A DNA stretch of 64,000 nucleotides from an uncultured Candidatus Saccharibacteria bacterium (GCA_964354975.1 CAYHBS010000002.1:16088-80087); one strand, 5' to 3'; shown: positions 1-8,670, counted from the first letter of the stretch. The notes: generated by a model not told the origin, from the letters alone. Program-made: numbers and translations.

Positions 1-1
1 T

Positions 2-250
2 CGACTCGAGATCGATCCGCGCGCCGGACAGCTGTTTGTCTTCTGCAATGCCCGGCACAACCGACTCAAGATCCTTCAGTTCGATTCGTCCGGCGTTTGG
101 GTCGCGGCCAAGCGGCTCGAGAAAGGGACGTTTCGTTGGCCCGAGTCTCGCGATCGCACGATCGTGCTGAGCTACGAAGAGATGGTGATGATCGTGGGCG
201 GACTCGATGCGACGAGCACGCGTCGACGTCGCTGGTATGGTCGTGGATAA
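2..250 (+). pseudogene. tnpB: IS66 family Orf2 (TnpB) 3' fragment, truncated by the window start
   Basis: The translation RLEIDPRAGQLFVFCNARHNRLKILQFDSSGVWVAAKRLEKGTFRWPESRDRTIVLSYEEMVMIVGGLDATSTRRRRW matches the conserved IS66 Orf2 C-terminal region. The stop codon is at 248-250. Confidence 0.6.
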
Positions 251-299
251 CTCGTGCATTGCCGAGCGCGCGCGTATTGACCGAGTACGCGTCGTCCTC

Positions 300-494
300 G
301 GGCTGCGAGTCCTTGCTCTGATGCTCGGCCAGCTCGGCCGCCGCGGCAGCGAGCGCTTCGTCGAGCAGTTTGGCGAAATCCAAGCGCAGCTGCTCGGGGC
401 TCACCTGCTCGGAGCGCCGCCCGTACAGTCGTCGTAGCAGCGCCGAGGGCGGACGCAGAGCGGCCGTGCTGTACTCGCTGGTGGTCAGCTGCAA
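300..494 (-). pseudogene. IS66 transposase N-terminal-like fragment, inverted relative to the other pieces
   Basis: The minus-strand translation ...ALLRRLYGRRSEQVSPEQLRLDFAKLLDEALAAAAAELAE matches the N-terminal motif of IS66 transposases. Downstream similarity is lost. Confidence 0.35.
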
Positions 495-642
495 GCGACT
501 CGGGATCGATCCCTACGCCTACCTGCGCGACGTGATCGCCACGGTGGCAACCTATCCGAACAAGCGCATCGGCGAGCTCACGCCGAGGGCGTGGGCCGCG
601 GCGCGCGAACCTCGGAGCGAGACCCGCGTCGCTTCGGCATAG
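370..642 (+). pseudogene. IS66 family transposase (TnpC) C-terminal fragment
   Basis: The ORF ends with LYSLVVSCKRLGIDPYAYLRDVIATVATYPNKRIGELTPRAWAAA, characteristic of IS66 TnpC C-termini. The upstream about 400 residues of a normal TnpC are missing. Confidence 0.5.
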
Positions 643-783
643 CCGGCCTTACCGGTCTCAAGCCTTATCGGCAGTTGGTCGAACGCTTACGTTCCTCCGG
701 TGTGACCGTGAACAGTGCGGTCTGATCTCGTTGTACTCCCGTCGCCAGCTCTCGATCACGACCTTCGCTTCCTTCTGTGAATC

Positions 784-824
784 GGCTTCCAACTTTGACC
801 CCTTTCGGCGCGCGATTTTGCACG
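784..824. repeat. About 40-bp direct repeat copy 1 (ttccaacTttgacccctttcggcgcgcGatTttg)
   Basis: Near-identical to 2331-2371. The reverse complement contains GGGGTCAAG twice, spaced about 23 bp apart. Confidence 0.6.
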
Positions 825-880
825 GAACCGGACATTTCTACTTTGCGATGACAGCGCTGGGTTGACTCCACTACCCGGCC

Positions 881-1219
881 TTACGGAGGCACGGGCCGGC
901 TGCGCTGCTGCAGCCACTCCAGGAGCGGACCCAGCCCATCGGGTACAGACATCTCGTCGAACTCGAACCGGCGCACGTCCACACCGGTGTGGAGTTCGAG
1001 TTCGTACACGATCTGATCCCTCGCTGAAGAGGACCGCGCGGCAGACACGTCTGATCTCGCGCTGCTTGCAAAGCGCTCGATGGCGAGACGATGTGCGGCG
1101 ACCAGCTCCTCCGCTGCGACATCGCAACCGCGCGAGAGGTTCGCAAAGCCGCCAGACTGCCGGAAATGGATCTGCCGCAGGCTCATATCAAAAACCGACG
1201 GCCTTCCATGCCTTCGCAA
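881..1219 (-). CDS. Hypothetical 112-aa protein co-oriented and overlapping (32 nt) with the M4 protease gene; candidate protease-partner (emfourin-like inhibitor?)
   Basis: ORF directly downstream of the protealysin-like protease on the same strand, with overlapping stop and start. No recognisable catalytic motif. The partner role is inferred from the known bicistronic protealysin-inhibitor arrangement. Confidence 0.35.
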   Translation of the reverse strand: MRRHGRPSVFDMSLRQIHFRQSGGFANLSRGCDVAAEELVAAHRLAIERFASSARSDVSAARSSSARDQIVYELELHTGVDVRRFEFDEMSVPDGLGPLLEWLQQRSRPVPP

Positions 1220-2225
1220 CAGCTTTCTCTTCGGTCGTGCCCATGGCCGCGGCCATCCGCGTGCTCATCGCAACCATCTCGGCGAAATCGCTTTGCTTAT
1301 TCAGCGCCAGCAACGTCTGGTACCAGATTGCTCCGGCCCTGACCCACGCGTTGCCACCGAGCGCCGTCGCCGTGAGGAAGAACGCGTGATTGGGGATGCC
1401 CGAGTTGATGTGCACGCCACCCGAATCTGCAGGGCCTGTGTACTTGTCACACAAGTGCTTCGGTTGAGGGTCGGTCCCTAGATTCGGATCGTTCTCGTAA
1501 GCCTTCCCCTCTTTGAACGTCCGCAGCGACTTGGCCGTCGTGCCCGGACCCATGATGTCGGGGCCGATAAGCCAGTCAGCCTTCGTGGCCGTCTGCTTCC
1601 TTTTCCACTGCTTGACGAGGGTCCCGAAAACGTCAGCAAAATGTTCGTTGAGCGCGCCCGACTCGTCCCGATAGTCCAGGTTCGACGTGTGGCTCACCAC
1701 GCCATGCGTCAGTTCGTGACCCACTACGTCCATCGACCGCGTGAACCGATTGAAAATAACGCCGTCCCCATCGCCATACGCCATCTGCTCGCCGTTCCAG
1801 AACGCGTTGTTGTACTTGTTTCCGAGGTGCACACTTGAGATGAGTGACATTCCGCGGTCATCAAGTGAATTACGGTTGAGCACCTTTTTATAGAAGTCGT
1901 AGGTCGCGCCCGAGTAGTCGTACGCTTCGTTCACGGCGGGATCTGTAGATTTGTTGTCACCCTCGCTGCGCACAAGCTTGCCGGGCAAAAGCGACGAGCC
2001 CTGCTTCTGCATGTCGTAGATCAGCCGATCCTTCTTGGCCCCTGGCGACGGTACCGCGGCCATCATCGCGAACTGCGAAAGCGCGGTGCGCGTTGCGCGC
2101 AACGACGCGGATCGGGCGATGGCCTCGATCGCCAGCTTACGCACTGCCGGGATCGGTGACTCGGCCATCTTGTCTAGTACGTACGGCGGGAGGATGCAGT
2201 GAATAGGCTTGCGTCCGCAGCTCAT
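1188..2225 (-). CDS. M4 (thermolysin-family) zinc metalloprotease, protealysin-like subfamily
   Basis: HEXXH motif (VVGHELTHGV) plus downstream NEHFADVFG glutamate, typical of M4 peptidases. There is no signal peptide, and the short N-terminal propeptide carries the PPL-type motif (CILPPYVLDKM). A strong SD (AAAGGAG) lies 8 nt upstream of the ATG at 2225. Confidence 0.85.
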   Translation of the reverse strand: MSCGRKPIHCILPPYVLDKMAESPIPAVRKLAIEAIARSASLRATRTALSQFAMMAAVPSPGAKKDRLIYDMQKQGSSLLPGKLVRSEGDNKSTDPAVNEAYDYSGATYDFYKKVLNRNSLDDRGMSLISSVHLGNKYNNAFWNGEQMAYGDGDGVIFNRFTRSMDVVGHELTHGVVSHTSNLDYRDESGALNEHFADVFGTLVKQWKRKQTATKADWLIGPDIMGPGTTAKSLRTFKEGKAYENDPNLGTDPQPKHLCDKYTGPADSGGVHINSGIPNHAFFLTATALGGNAWVRAGAIWYQTLLALNKQSDFAEMVAMSTRMAAAMGTTEEKAVAKAWKAVGF

Positions 2226-2330
2226 GCTTATCTCCTTTATGATGTCTTACGCGTGTTCTCCGTCTTCGCTCTGCAGCGATTGGTCATTTTGTATCCGCCC
2301 ACCGAACCTGATGCCATTACGGTGTGGCTC

Positions 2331-2371
2331 AGCTTCCAACCTTGACCCCTTTCGGCGCGCAATCTTGACCC
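2331..2371. repeat. About 40-bp direct repeat copy 2 (ttccaacCttgacccctttcggcgcgcAatCttg), about 100 bp upstream of the protease start
   Basis: Matches 784-824 with 3 mismatches. The two copies bracket the protease/partner gene pair. Confidence 0.6.
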
Positions 2372-2720
2372 CACCCGGTGCTTGAGATCCTCAGTAACCA
2401 CGCTCGGTTGCACGGGCATGGTCGGGGTCACGCTTGGACGCCGATACGGGGTCACACGGCACGCCTCGGGACGCGAGGTAGTGCCGCTCGGCCCCGCGCT
2501 CGACGACTTCTCGCCGGCGCGTGTAGCGCTCTCGGGATCGCTGGATGATCTCGGCGCTGTAAGGCGCTGCAGGGGTAGGGTGGCAGAGAGTCCGGCCACT
2601 GAACGGCGCGGACGTTCGTCCGTTCACGGCAAGCCGGAGATAGATGTCGTGGTGATCGAGCCCGGTCAGATCATCAGTGCACACGCTGATCCTTACAAGA
2701 TTTCACCGCATGCGTTCTCG

Positions 2721-3110
2721 TCAGTCGTACGTAGCCACCGTGGGTGAGAATCCGCGACCGCAAGTGTCGCATTTTTCATGAACGTCGACGTAGCCAGAGG
2801 CATTGCGCTCTGCCAGTTGGGATACAAGCGTCCCCGAGCAGGGTGGCGGACATTTCCGAACCCGCCAGTGATCACCGCACATCGTGCAGAGATACGAAGT
2901 GCCAACTTCGTCTGGGCTCGACTCGATTTCGTGGTTTTCACATGTAGGACAGCACTGAACTACTTTCATCTCTTCCCTCTGTGCCAACGGCTCGCCGAGT
3001 TTGTTGATCGAGGATACCACATGTATCCGCGGAATAGTGGCGGAGCCCACCGGACGACGGCGGGGGACAGATGCCGAGTGGCAACTGAGCGACCGTCGTT
3101 TACCGCTCAA
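2721..3110 (-). CDS. Cys-rich putative zinc-ribbon protein (4 CxxC-type motifs)
   Basis: Contains CCPTC, CTMCG, CPPPC and CDTCG. It overlaps the upstream MBL gene by 11 nt, which suggests operon coupling. Confidence 0.4.
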   Translation of the reverse strand: MSGKRRSLSCHSASVPRRRPVGSATIPRIHVVSSINKLGEPLAQREEMKVVQCCPTCENHEIESSPDEVGTSYLCTMCGDHWRVRKCPPPCSGTLVSQLAERNASGYVDVHEKCDTCGRGFSPTVATYD

Positions 3111-4206
3111 TCACGGCGTCGTAGCGCCCGTCGGTCGTTGCCTGGATGCGCACAGTGCCGTCCCATCCCGTCGCCAGGATCGCTTTCTCTACCTGAACCG
3201 GTGAGAAATCGCGGACGCCGTTTGCGACCAATACGGTTTTCTTCGTCGCCCGCTCGGTAGCGATTGATTGAGTCAACAGGTCAACGGTGACCCGTCGAGG
3301 GTGCCCAAACTGCCACCCTGTGAATTTCTCTTGTGGATGCGAGCGGCCGTATTCCGCGTCCTCCATTGAAATTACGGCGATCGCAGGCGTCATCGCCTCG
3401 AGCAGCTTCCTCGTAGTCCCGTTATACGATCCATGATGCCCGACATGGTAGACGTCGACGTCGAGCGTCGTTGTCCCCCTGTACCAATCGAGCAACGTGC
3501 CGATCGCGTATTCCTCGAGATCGCCCGTGAACAGAAAGGATGACTCCCCGTAGTCGACACGCGTTACGAGGCTATGGTTGTTCTTGTTCGCCCATTCGCC
3601 TTGTGGCCATCCGGGATTGTCATCCATCCGGCCTGACAGAATACGAATCCGCGGGTTCACATCGCCACAATCGATCGGGTCGATGATGTCATCCGTTAGC
3701 CCTGTGCGCGTGGGAAGTCTGGTGATTTCGGAGTCGGCGACCTGGCGCGTCTCGATGTGGAGTGTTTCGGCGTTGTTCCTCACCCAGTTGGGCTCCCCAG
3801 TTCCCGTGCCGGTGCTCTGGCCGGAGTCGATAAAACGTTCCACCGTAAATGATTCGACAATCTCCCGCAGTGCCCGGGTATGGTCGATGTGGTTGTGCGT
3901 GATGATGATGGCGTCGAGCGTGTGGTGAAGTGCGGTGTGAAGAGGATCATCGAAGAAGGCTTGTAAATAGGCCACGAGTGCGTCGGCTTTCTCTTGATCC
4001 CTCGCGCCGGCGTCGATCAACACCGCTCCGCACGGGAACTCGAGGAGCGTGGCATCCGCTTGGCCTACGTCGATGAAATGCGCCACCATCGGCGCCGTTT
4101 CAGCAGCAGCAAAGCGCACTGAAAGCGCGAGAGCGCCGACAGCACAACAAACGCGGTAGGCGAGCCTGCGAGTCACAAAACACTGAACGGGCATAACAAA
4201 CTCCAC
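3100..4206 (-). CDS. Secreted metallo-beta-lactamase-fold hydrolase, ComEC/Rec2-type MBL domain
   Basis: N-terminal signal-peptide-like segment. MBL HxHxDH motif (ITHNHIDHT) and a downstream HVGHHGS motif, typical of ComEC C-terminal-like MBL domains. Confidence 0.7.
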   Translation of the reverse strand: MEFVMPVQCFVTRRLAYRVCCAVGALALSVRFAAAETAPMVAHFIDVGQADATLLEFPCGAVLIDAGARDQEKADALVAYLQAFFDDPLHTALHHTLDAIIITHNHIDHTRALREIVESFTVERFIDSGQSTGTGTGEPNWVRNNAETLHIETRQVADSEITRLPTRTGLTDDIIDPIDCGDVNPRIRILSGRMDDNPGWPQGEWANKNNHSLVTRVDYGESSFLFTGDLEEYAIGTLLDWYRGTTTLDVDVYHVGHHGSYNGTTRKLLEAMTPAIAVISMEDAEYGRSHPQEKFTGWQFGHPRRVTVDLLTQSIATERATKKTVLVANGVRDFSPVQVEKAILATGWDGTVRIQATTDGRYDAVIER

Positions 4207-4390
4207 ATCCCCGAAACGACGACACGGATTGTGCCGTGCCTATCTCGGGCGAAGCAATAGGGGATTCCCCTTACGACGCGGACAGCCCTGGACAGAACGG
4301 CTGAAACCGTCGTATTAAACGGCGGCTCGAGGGGGCAGTCGACGTCGGCACACTTGACGCGACGTACCTACTGCGCACACAAGACAGACA

Positions 4391-5683
4391 ATGTACGACC
4401 TGGGGCTTGCACTGTCGGGTGGCGGCTCTCGTGCCGCCGCCTTCCACGCTGGAACGCTCAGGGCGATAGCCGATCTCCATCTCGTCGAGCGAATCGATGT
4501 TGTCTCGACGGTCTCTGGCGGGTCGTTGTTCGGGGGCGCCTGGCTCGCGGCGCGCGCCAGGGGTGAGTCAGAAGACGCATTCCTGGCAAGCATGAAGACG
4601 GAGCTCGAGAGAGGTTTCATCCTACGTTCGCTTCGCCCCTCGCTGGCGAAAACGTTCCTCCCGTGGCTCGAATACACCCGGACGCACGTGATCGGCGACA
4701 CGTTCGACCGGATTTTCCTTAAAGGCTTGACGCTCTCTGGCTTGCCCGAGCGCCCGGCGCTATGCCTGAACACGTCAATCCTCAACAACGGCCAGGTAGG
4801 GAAGTTCTCGCGTGAGGGATTTTCTGCTTGGGGCCTAAAAGTGCCCGGCGCAACGCCTGAGCATGTCGTCCCGTGGCACAACTTCCCGGTCGCGTACGCA
4901 GTGGCTGCCTCTGCGGCATTCCCGGTTGGACTACCGCCGCTTCGGCTGGGCCACGGACGATTTCCGTCCGGTACACGCTTCACGGAGGGACTTGCGGGTT
5001 CGAAACACCTTTTCCTAACCGATGGCGGCGTGCTGGAGAATCTAGGGATTCAGACGCTCCTGCGATCCGGCCGGTTCGCGGCTTGGGATCTTATCGTCAG
5101 TGACGCTGGCACAGCAGATACACGGTGGAGTCTCGTGCCAGGATGGTCGACAGTAAAGGGCCTAGGTATCTGGATTGCGAGTGGGCGGATCTTGGACCGA
5201 CTCATGATCGTGATGAACAACAAACAGAATCGGTGGGCTCGTCAGGAGGTGATCGACCAACTTGAATCCTCGTGGTTCGCAGCGGCTCTCCGTGACGGCC
5301 TAAAGACACCTGCCATCGATACTCTGCTGCGCACTCATCCCGTCCGGGCTCGGAGAAAGCTCATCTTCGCTCGCGTGAATCAGACCCGAAAATCTTTTGT
5401 CACTGGCATACCGAGACATCGGCTCGCAGAACTCGCCGATGGCAACGAGCGTGACGTCCCTGGGTCAGATGACTACGGGGGGTTATGTGACTTTCTACGC
5501 GCCGCGGGAGTGCATCTGGAGCAGGCGGACACATACTACGGTCAACTCGGCGATGACACGCAGGCGCTCGCAATGAATGAGGTGAAGACAAACTTCACCG
5601 CGTTACCAACGCAAGTCGTTGAACAACTGTCAAACCACGCTGCGTGGCAGGTGCACGCATGCGCGGCTGTGTACGGTGGATGA
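4391..5683 (+). CDS. Patatin-like phospholipase
   Basis: Oxyanion hole GGGSRAAAFHAG, nucleophile elbow G-x-S-x-G (TVSGGS) and catalytic Asp in the DGG motif (LTDGGVLENLG). Confidence 0.8.
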   Translation: MYDLGLALSGGGSRAAAFHAGTLRAIADLHLVERIDVVSTVSGGSLFGGAWLAARARGESEDAFLASMKTELERGFILRSLRPSLAKTFLPWLEYTRTHVIGDTFDRIFLKGLTLSGLPERPALCLNTSILNNGQVGKFSREGFSAWGLKVPGATPEHVVPWHNFPVAYAVAASAAFPVGLPPLRLGHGRFPSGTRFTEGLAGSKHLFLTDGGVLENLGIQTLLRSGRFAAWDLIVSDAGTADTRWSLVPGWSTVKGLGIWIASGRILDRLMIVMNNKQNRWARQEVIDQLESSWFAAALRDGLKTPAIDTLLRTHPVRARRKLIFARVNQTRKSFVTGIPRHRLAELADGNERDVPGSDDYGGLCDFLRAAGVHLEQADTYYGQLGDDTQALAMNEVKTNFTALPTQVVEQLSNHAAWQVHACAAVYGG

Positions 5684-5720
5684 GCAAAGAGGCTCACATC
5701 GATAGGTCGGGTGCCAAGGT

Positions 5721-6365
5721 ATGAAAATTGAAGAGATCGGGCCGTGGATACTGTTGTTTGTAGGCGCGCTGTTACTGCTGGGCGGTGCTTCTCTTGCCGC
5801 CCGAAAGCGTGGCAGTGTCCCAATGATCACCATCCTACTGATCTTTGGCCTCGGAACTGCGGGCATTGGCGTGTATGGCCCAACCTTTTTGGATCGATAC
5901 CAGCTGCTCAAAACGGTGGGGCCGTTGATTGGTTCACCGAGCCACGAGAGCTACAATGCGTTCCTCTCCGGTGTAGCGAGGGGGGACGTCGGACCGCTCG
6001 AGCGAGAACTTGGCCTGTCCTACATCTTGCAGCGGCCGATCGACGGGACAGAAGAGCTACTTCAGGCAGCGACGGCAAAGGCGGAACAAGATGACGCCCG
6101 AGTCGCTCTCAGCGCCGCAGGACAATGGCTCGAGGGGCGCCAGCGGGTAGCGGCTGTCTTGGCGGCCGATCTGATGCCGTCCAACCATACCGCGCGTCTT
6201 AGCGAGGAACAAGTCAAATTATTTGACCCGGCAACCCGCACCTTGATTATTCGCGATCTCGAGAAGCACGACGGGCGGCGACTCGCGACTGACCCGGGCG
6301 TCGTTGCACGGCTGAAGCACACAACACCTGATTTTCTGGAGCCAGGTCCAGTCATAGATCGGTGA
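5721..6365 (+). CDS. Membrane protein (two N-terminal TM helices), hypothetical
   Basis: Hydrophobic N-terminus (WILLFVGALLLLGGASLAA, ITILLIFGLGTAGIGVY). High-GC codon usage like the upstream genes. Confidence 0.4.
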   Translation: MKIEEIGPWILLFVGALLLLGGASLAARKRGSVPMITILLIFGLGTAGIGVYGPTFLDRYQLLKTVGPLIGSPSHESYNAFLSGVARGDVGPLERELGLSYILQRPIDGTEELLQAATAKAEQDDARVALSAAGQWLEGRQRVAAVLAADLMPSNHTARLSEEQVKLFDPATRTLIIRDLEKHDGRRLATDPGVVARLKHTTPDFLEPGPVIDR

Positions 6366-6535
6366 GCATACGGCGTTTCTGTGCGCCATTTTTTTTCGCC
6401 AATGACTCACAGCACATTGAGAAAGCCTCCGGAAAATCCGGGGCGATTCAAGAAAGCGTCAAGGATCATCTACGGTTGCCTCGCACGCCAACATCTCCAT
6501 CCTTCACGCTTCCTTCGCTCTTTCTATACTGGAGC

Positions 6536-6700
6536 ATGGAACTGACAGACGAAGATATCGTCGAGTATCAAGTGATGTGGAAAGAGGAATTCGGAGAAGA
6601 GATTAGCACAGCAGACGCGCGGCGCAGTGCGAGTGAACTCTTGGAGCTCTTCCGTGTGCTCTTCTTCGAGTCATCATCAGTCGAGCAGGAGGAAGAGTAA
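6536..6700 (+). CDS. Small acidic hypothetical protein (54 aa), speculative
   Basis: ATG-initiated sub-ORF of the 6362-6700 frame (MELTDEDIVEYQVMWKEEFGEE...). It lies at the GC-composition transition and has no clear SD. Confidence 0.2.
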   Translation: MELTDEDIVEYQVMWKEEFGEEISTADARRSASELLELFRVLFFESSSVEQEEE

Positions 6701-6837
6701 CAGGTCACGCGGCTTCTCGTAACGATTCATTCATGAGATCGTGAAGATTCTTTAGTTCGTCCTCATTCGCTGCATTCGCGCAAAAAGTTCGAACGTCCTC
6801 TACATAGCTCCACAGACATAGAATAGTATGGAAGAAT

Positions 6838-6880
6838 AAAAAAACAGCTCTCATTCGCATAAGCGTCCGAGAGCTGTTTA
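6838..6880 (-). terminator. Rho-independent terminator for the 6894-7661 gene
   Basis: 10-bp stem (CAGCTCTC.../...GAGAGCTG) followed on the minus strand by a T-run, immediately downstream of the minus-strand stop at 6894. Confidence 0.6.
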
Positions 6881-6893
6881 CTAACGTTAAATT

Positions 6894-7661
6894 TCAAGCA
6901 AGGAGCTGTAAGGCCTTGGCGAGATATTCTCCCGCCATGCACCAATTAATTGGATCGAGAGCGCTTCCGCTGGGGCGAAGCTGACCCTGTGCATCAATGC
7001 TCAAATCAGGGAACTCTGCAACAAGTGGCGCGACCAACTGAATCGTTTTCGGCCCGAGACCGCCGGCGGCGCCGATCCCGAACATTGGGAAACTCTCCCT
7101 GATCGCTCGCGCAAATGGGATGAGACCGTCGGCGTCCATGCCGAGACCCTTTCCCATACTTTTGTCGAGTAATACCCGGTGAATCACGCCTTCGTAGTTG
7201 CCGAGACGCTCGACGACTCTCCGTGGATCATTGTCGACTTCCTCCAGTGCGTTCTTGCCAATCTGGAGGACAATTTCAATCTGCTTGCGTGAAGTGCGAA
7301 CTCCGCGTGCAATCTCGCCAGGATCCGGCCAGATCATATCGAGCTGAAGAGCGTGGATACCGATACCTCCGTAGGAAATCGCAGTTGCGAGACTTTTCCA
7401 AAGATCGGGGTTGTTGTCATAATCCACGTAGTGCAGACAGTTGTATACTTCGTCCAAGGAGAAAATGCTCGCGATACGATCTTTTGGCGGAAAAGCGTTT
7501 TGCCACTTGCTCGGAATGCCGTGGAGTGTCTTATGACTCATCATGATGCCGACATGCAACACCCTGTTCGATTCATGCGATCGATGAGCGTTGAATACTC
7601 GTAACATTTCTTGAACTTGTCCGAAATCCGTGAAGTCGGTAATGCCGATGTATGGATTCAT
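6894..7661 (-). CDS. TIM-barrel protein resembling phosphoribosylanthranilate isomerase (TrpF-like)
   Basis: N-terminal YIGITDF (compare KICGIT), LLDKSMGKGLGMDADGL (compare LLDS..GGTG..FDW) and AAGGLGP...SIDAQGQL (compare AGGL.P.NV...GVDVSSG). It is an orphan, with no other trp genes nearby. Confidence 0.4.
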   Translation of the reverse strand: MNPYIGITDFTDFGQVQEMLRVFNAHRSHESNRVLHVGIMMSHKTLHGIPSKWQNAFPPKDRIASIFSLDEVYNCLHYVDYDNNPDLWKSLATAISYGGIGIHALQLDMIWPDPGEIARGVRTSRKQIEIVLQIGKNALEEVDNDPRRVVERLGNYEGVIHRVLLDKSMGKGLGMDADGLIPFARAIRESFPMFGIGAAGGLGPKTIQLVAPLVAEFPDLSIDAQGQLRPSGSALDPINWCMAGEYLAKALQLLA

Positions 7662-8089
7662 TTATAGCACCCTTTGTAAAGATTTTGGTTTCCAAAAACA
7701 CATTACATTTTTTGACGCGAATAAGCAACAATTCACCAGGTTCTAACTTCTTCCACGTATCTTATCTGGACAACCCCCGTATCAAATGTTTTTGTACATT
7801 CTTGCAAACCGTTTATATATGCCATACATCGACTTCTTTTCCCACAGACCACGTTGTATGTGCCCCCGCTCCTCTACTGAAATATGCTTGTATGTCATCA
7901 CCCTTTCAGATTACAGGGCGGTGCACTTACTTGTTGAACTTACTGTTTTTGCTATTGACAATATAATTGATAATGTGTATAATATATAGGTATAATTCCT
8001 ATTCGAATGGATAGGTCGTTCCGTGATGGGTCAGGTGGTTAGAATCCTGCCACAACATAGGATTCACAGCACATTGGATTCACAACACA

Positions 8090-8608
8090 TTGAGAAGGAG
8101 GTGCCGTATGGCACGCCAAAACGTAGAGTTCGCTATTGTCCAAGGACCCTCGAAGCTCGATCTGATGCTCTCTCTGTTCGACACTAACATGGGGGTGCGG
8201 ACGGTGAGTTTTCTGACGGCCAAGGGTGAAAACCAACCGGGTTTCTCCTACAACGTCCATATCATCTCCGTGAGGAGAGGACATCCCAGCGCAAAGATCT
8301 GGGAAATCGAGGGGCTCACAGAAACCCAAAACGGGAAGAAGAGGGTCTTGATCTACTACCTCTCGGACACGCGCGAAGGTCACATGAGAATCGAAGAGAA
8401 TCTTCGGACCAAAGGAATCATTGAAACGCCCAACAACTCTCGGAAAGCGGGTGCTCTCCTCGAAATCATCTTCAGGATGATTAACAGGTATCGGGAAAGT
8501 CATTCCGGCAACCTGGACGAAGAGATCTTCAATTTTTTCGAGAAGGCGAAGCGAGTTTACTACGCCAAGGACCGCTATTTCCTCACCAGGGCGATCAAGA
8601 ATATCTGA
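8090..8608 (+). CDS. Hypothetical protein (172 aa)
   Basis: Strong SD (GAAGGAGGTG) 6 nt upstream of the ATG. A terminator hairpin follows. No recognisable motifs. Confidence 0.5.
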   Translation: MRRRCRMARQNVEFAIVQGPSKLDLMLSLFDTNMGVRTVSFLTAKGENQPGFSYNVHIISVRRGHPSAKIWEIEGLTETQNGKKRVLIYYLSDTREGHMRIEENLRTKGIIETPNNSRKAGALLEIIFRMINRYRESHSGNLDEEIFNFFEKAKRVYYAKDRYFLTRAIKNI

Positions 8609-8626
8609 GGTCAAGAACCTCAACCA

Positions 8627-8670
8627 GGGCCCCTCGTGGAAGAAATTCCGCGTGGGGCTCTCACTTTTTA
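8627..8670 (+). terminator. Rho-independent terminator after the 8090-8608 gene
   Basis: GC-rich imperfect hairpin (GGGCCCCTCGTGG...CCGCGTGGGGCTC) followed by CTTTTTATATTT. Confidence 0.5.

Larger units (their letters stand above)
1..642. mobile_element. Rearranged, truncated IS66-family insertion sequence remnant (tnpB 3' end plus inverted and split tnpC fragments)
   Basis: Frame 2 of the plus strand (2-250) translates to ...NRLKILQFDSSGVWVAAKRLEKGTFRWP..., typical of IS66 Orf2/TnpB. The plus-strand 469-642 region gives ...LYSLVVSCKRLGIDPYAYLRDVIATVATYPNKRIGELTPRAW, an IS66 transposase C-terminus. The minus strand around 440-300 gives LLRRLYGRRSEQVSPEQLRLDF, the IS66 transposase N-terminal leucine-zipper signature. 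No intact transposase ORF is present. Confidence 0.55.

Noticed and set aside
6362-6535. N-terminal extension of the 6362-6700 ORF
   Set aside because: The extension spans the repeated cacagcacattgagaa motif and the GC-composition junction. Only the ATG-initiated acidic C-terminal part (6536-6700) is retained, at low confidence.
7652-7989. ORFs 7652-7966 (+) and 7786-7989 (+) in the AT-rich region
   Set aside because: Low-complexity AT-rich divergent promoter region between the 6894-7661 gene and the 8090 gene. No SD and codon usage unlike the neighbours.
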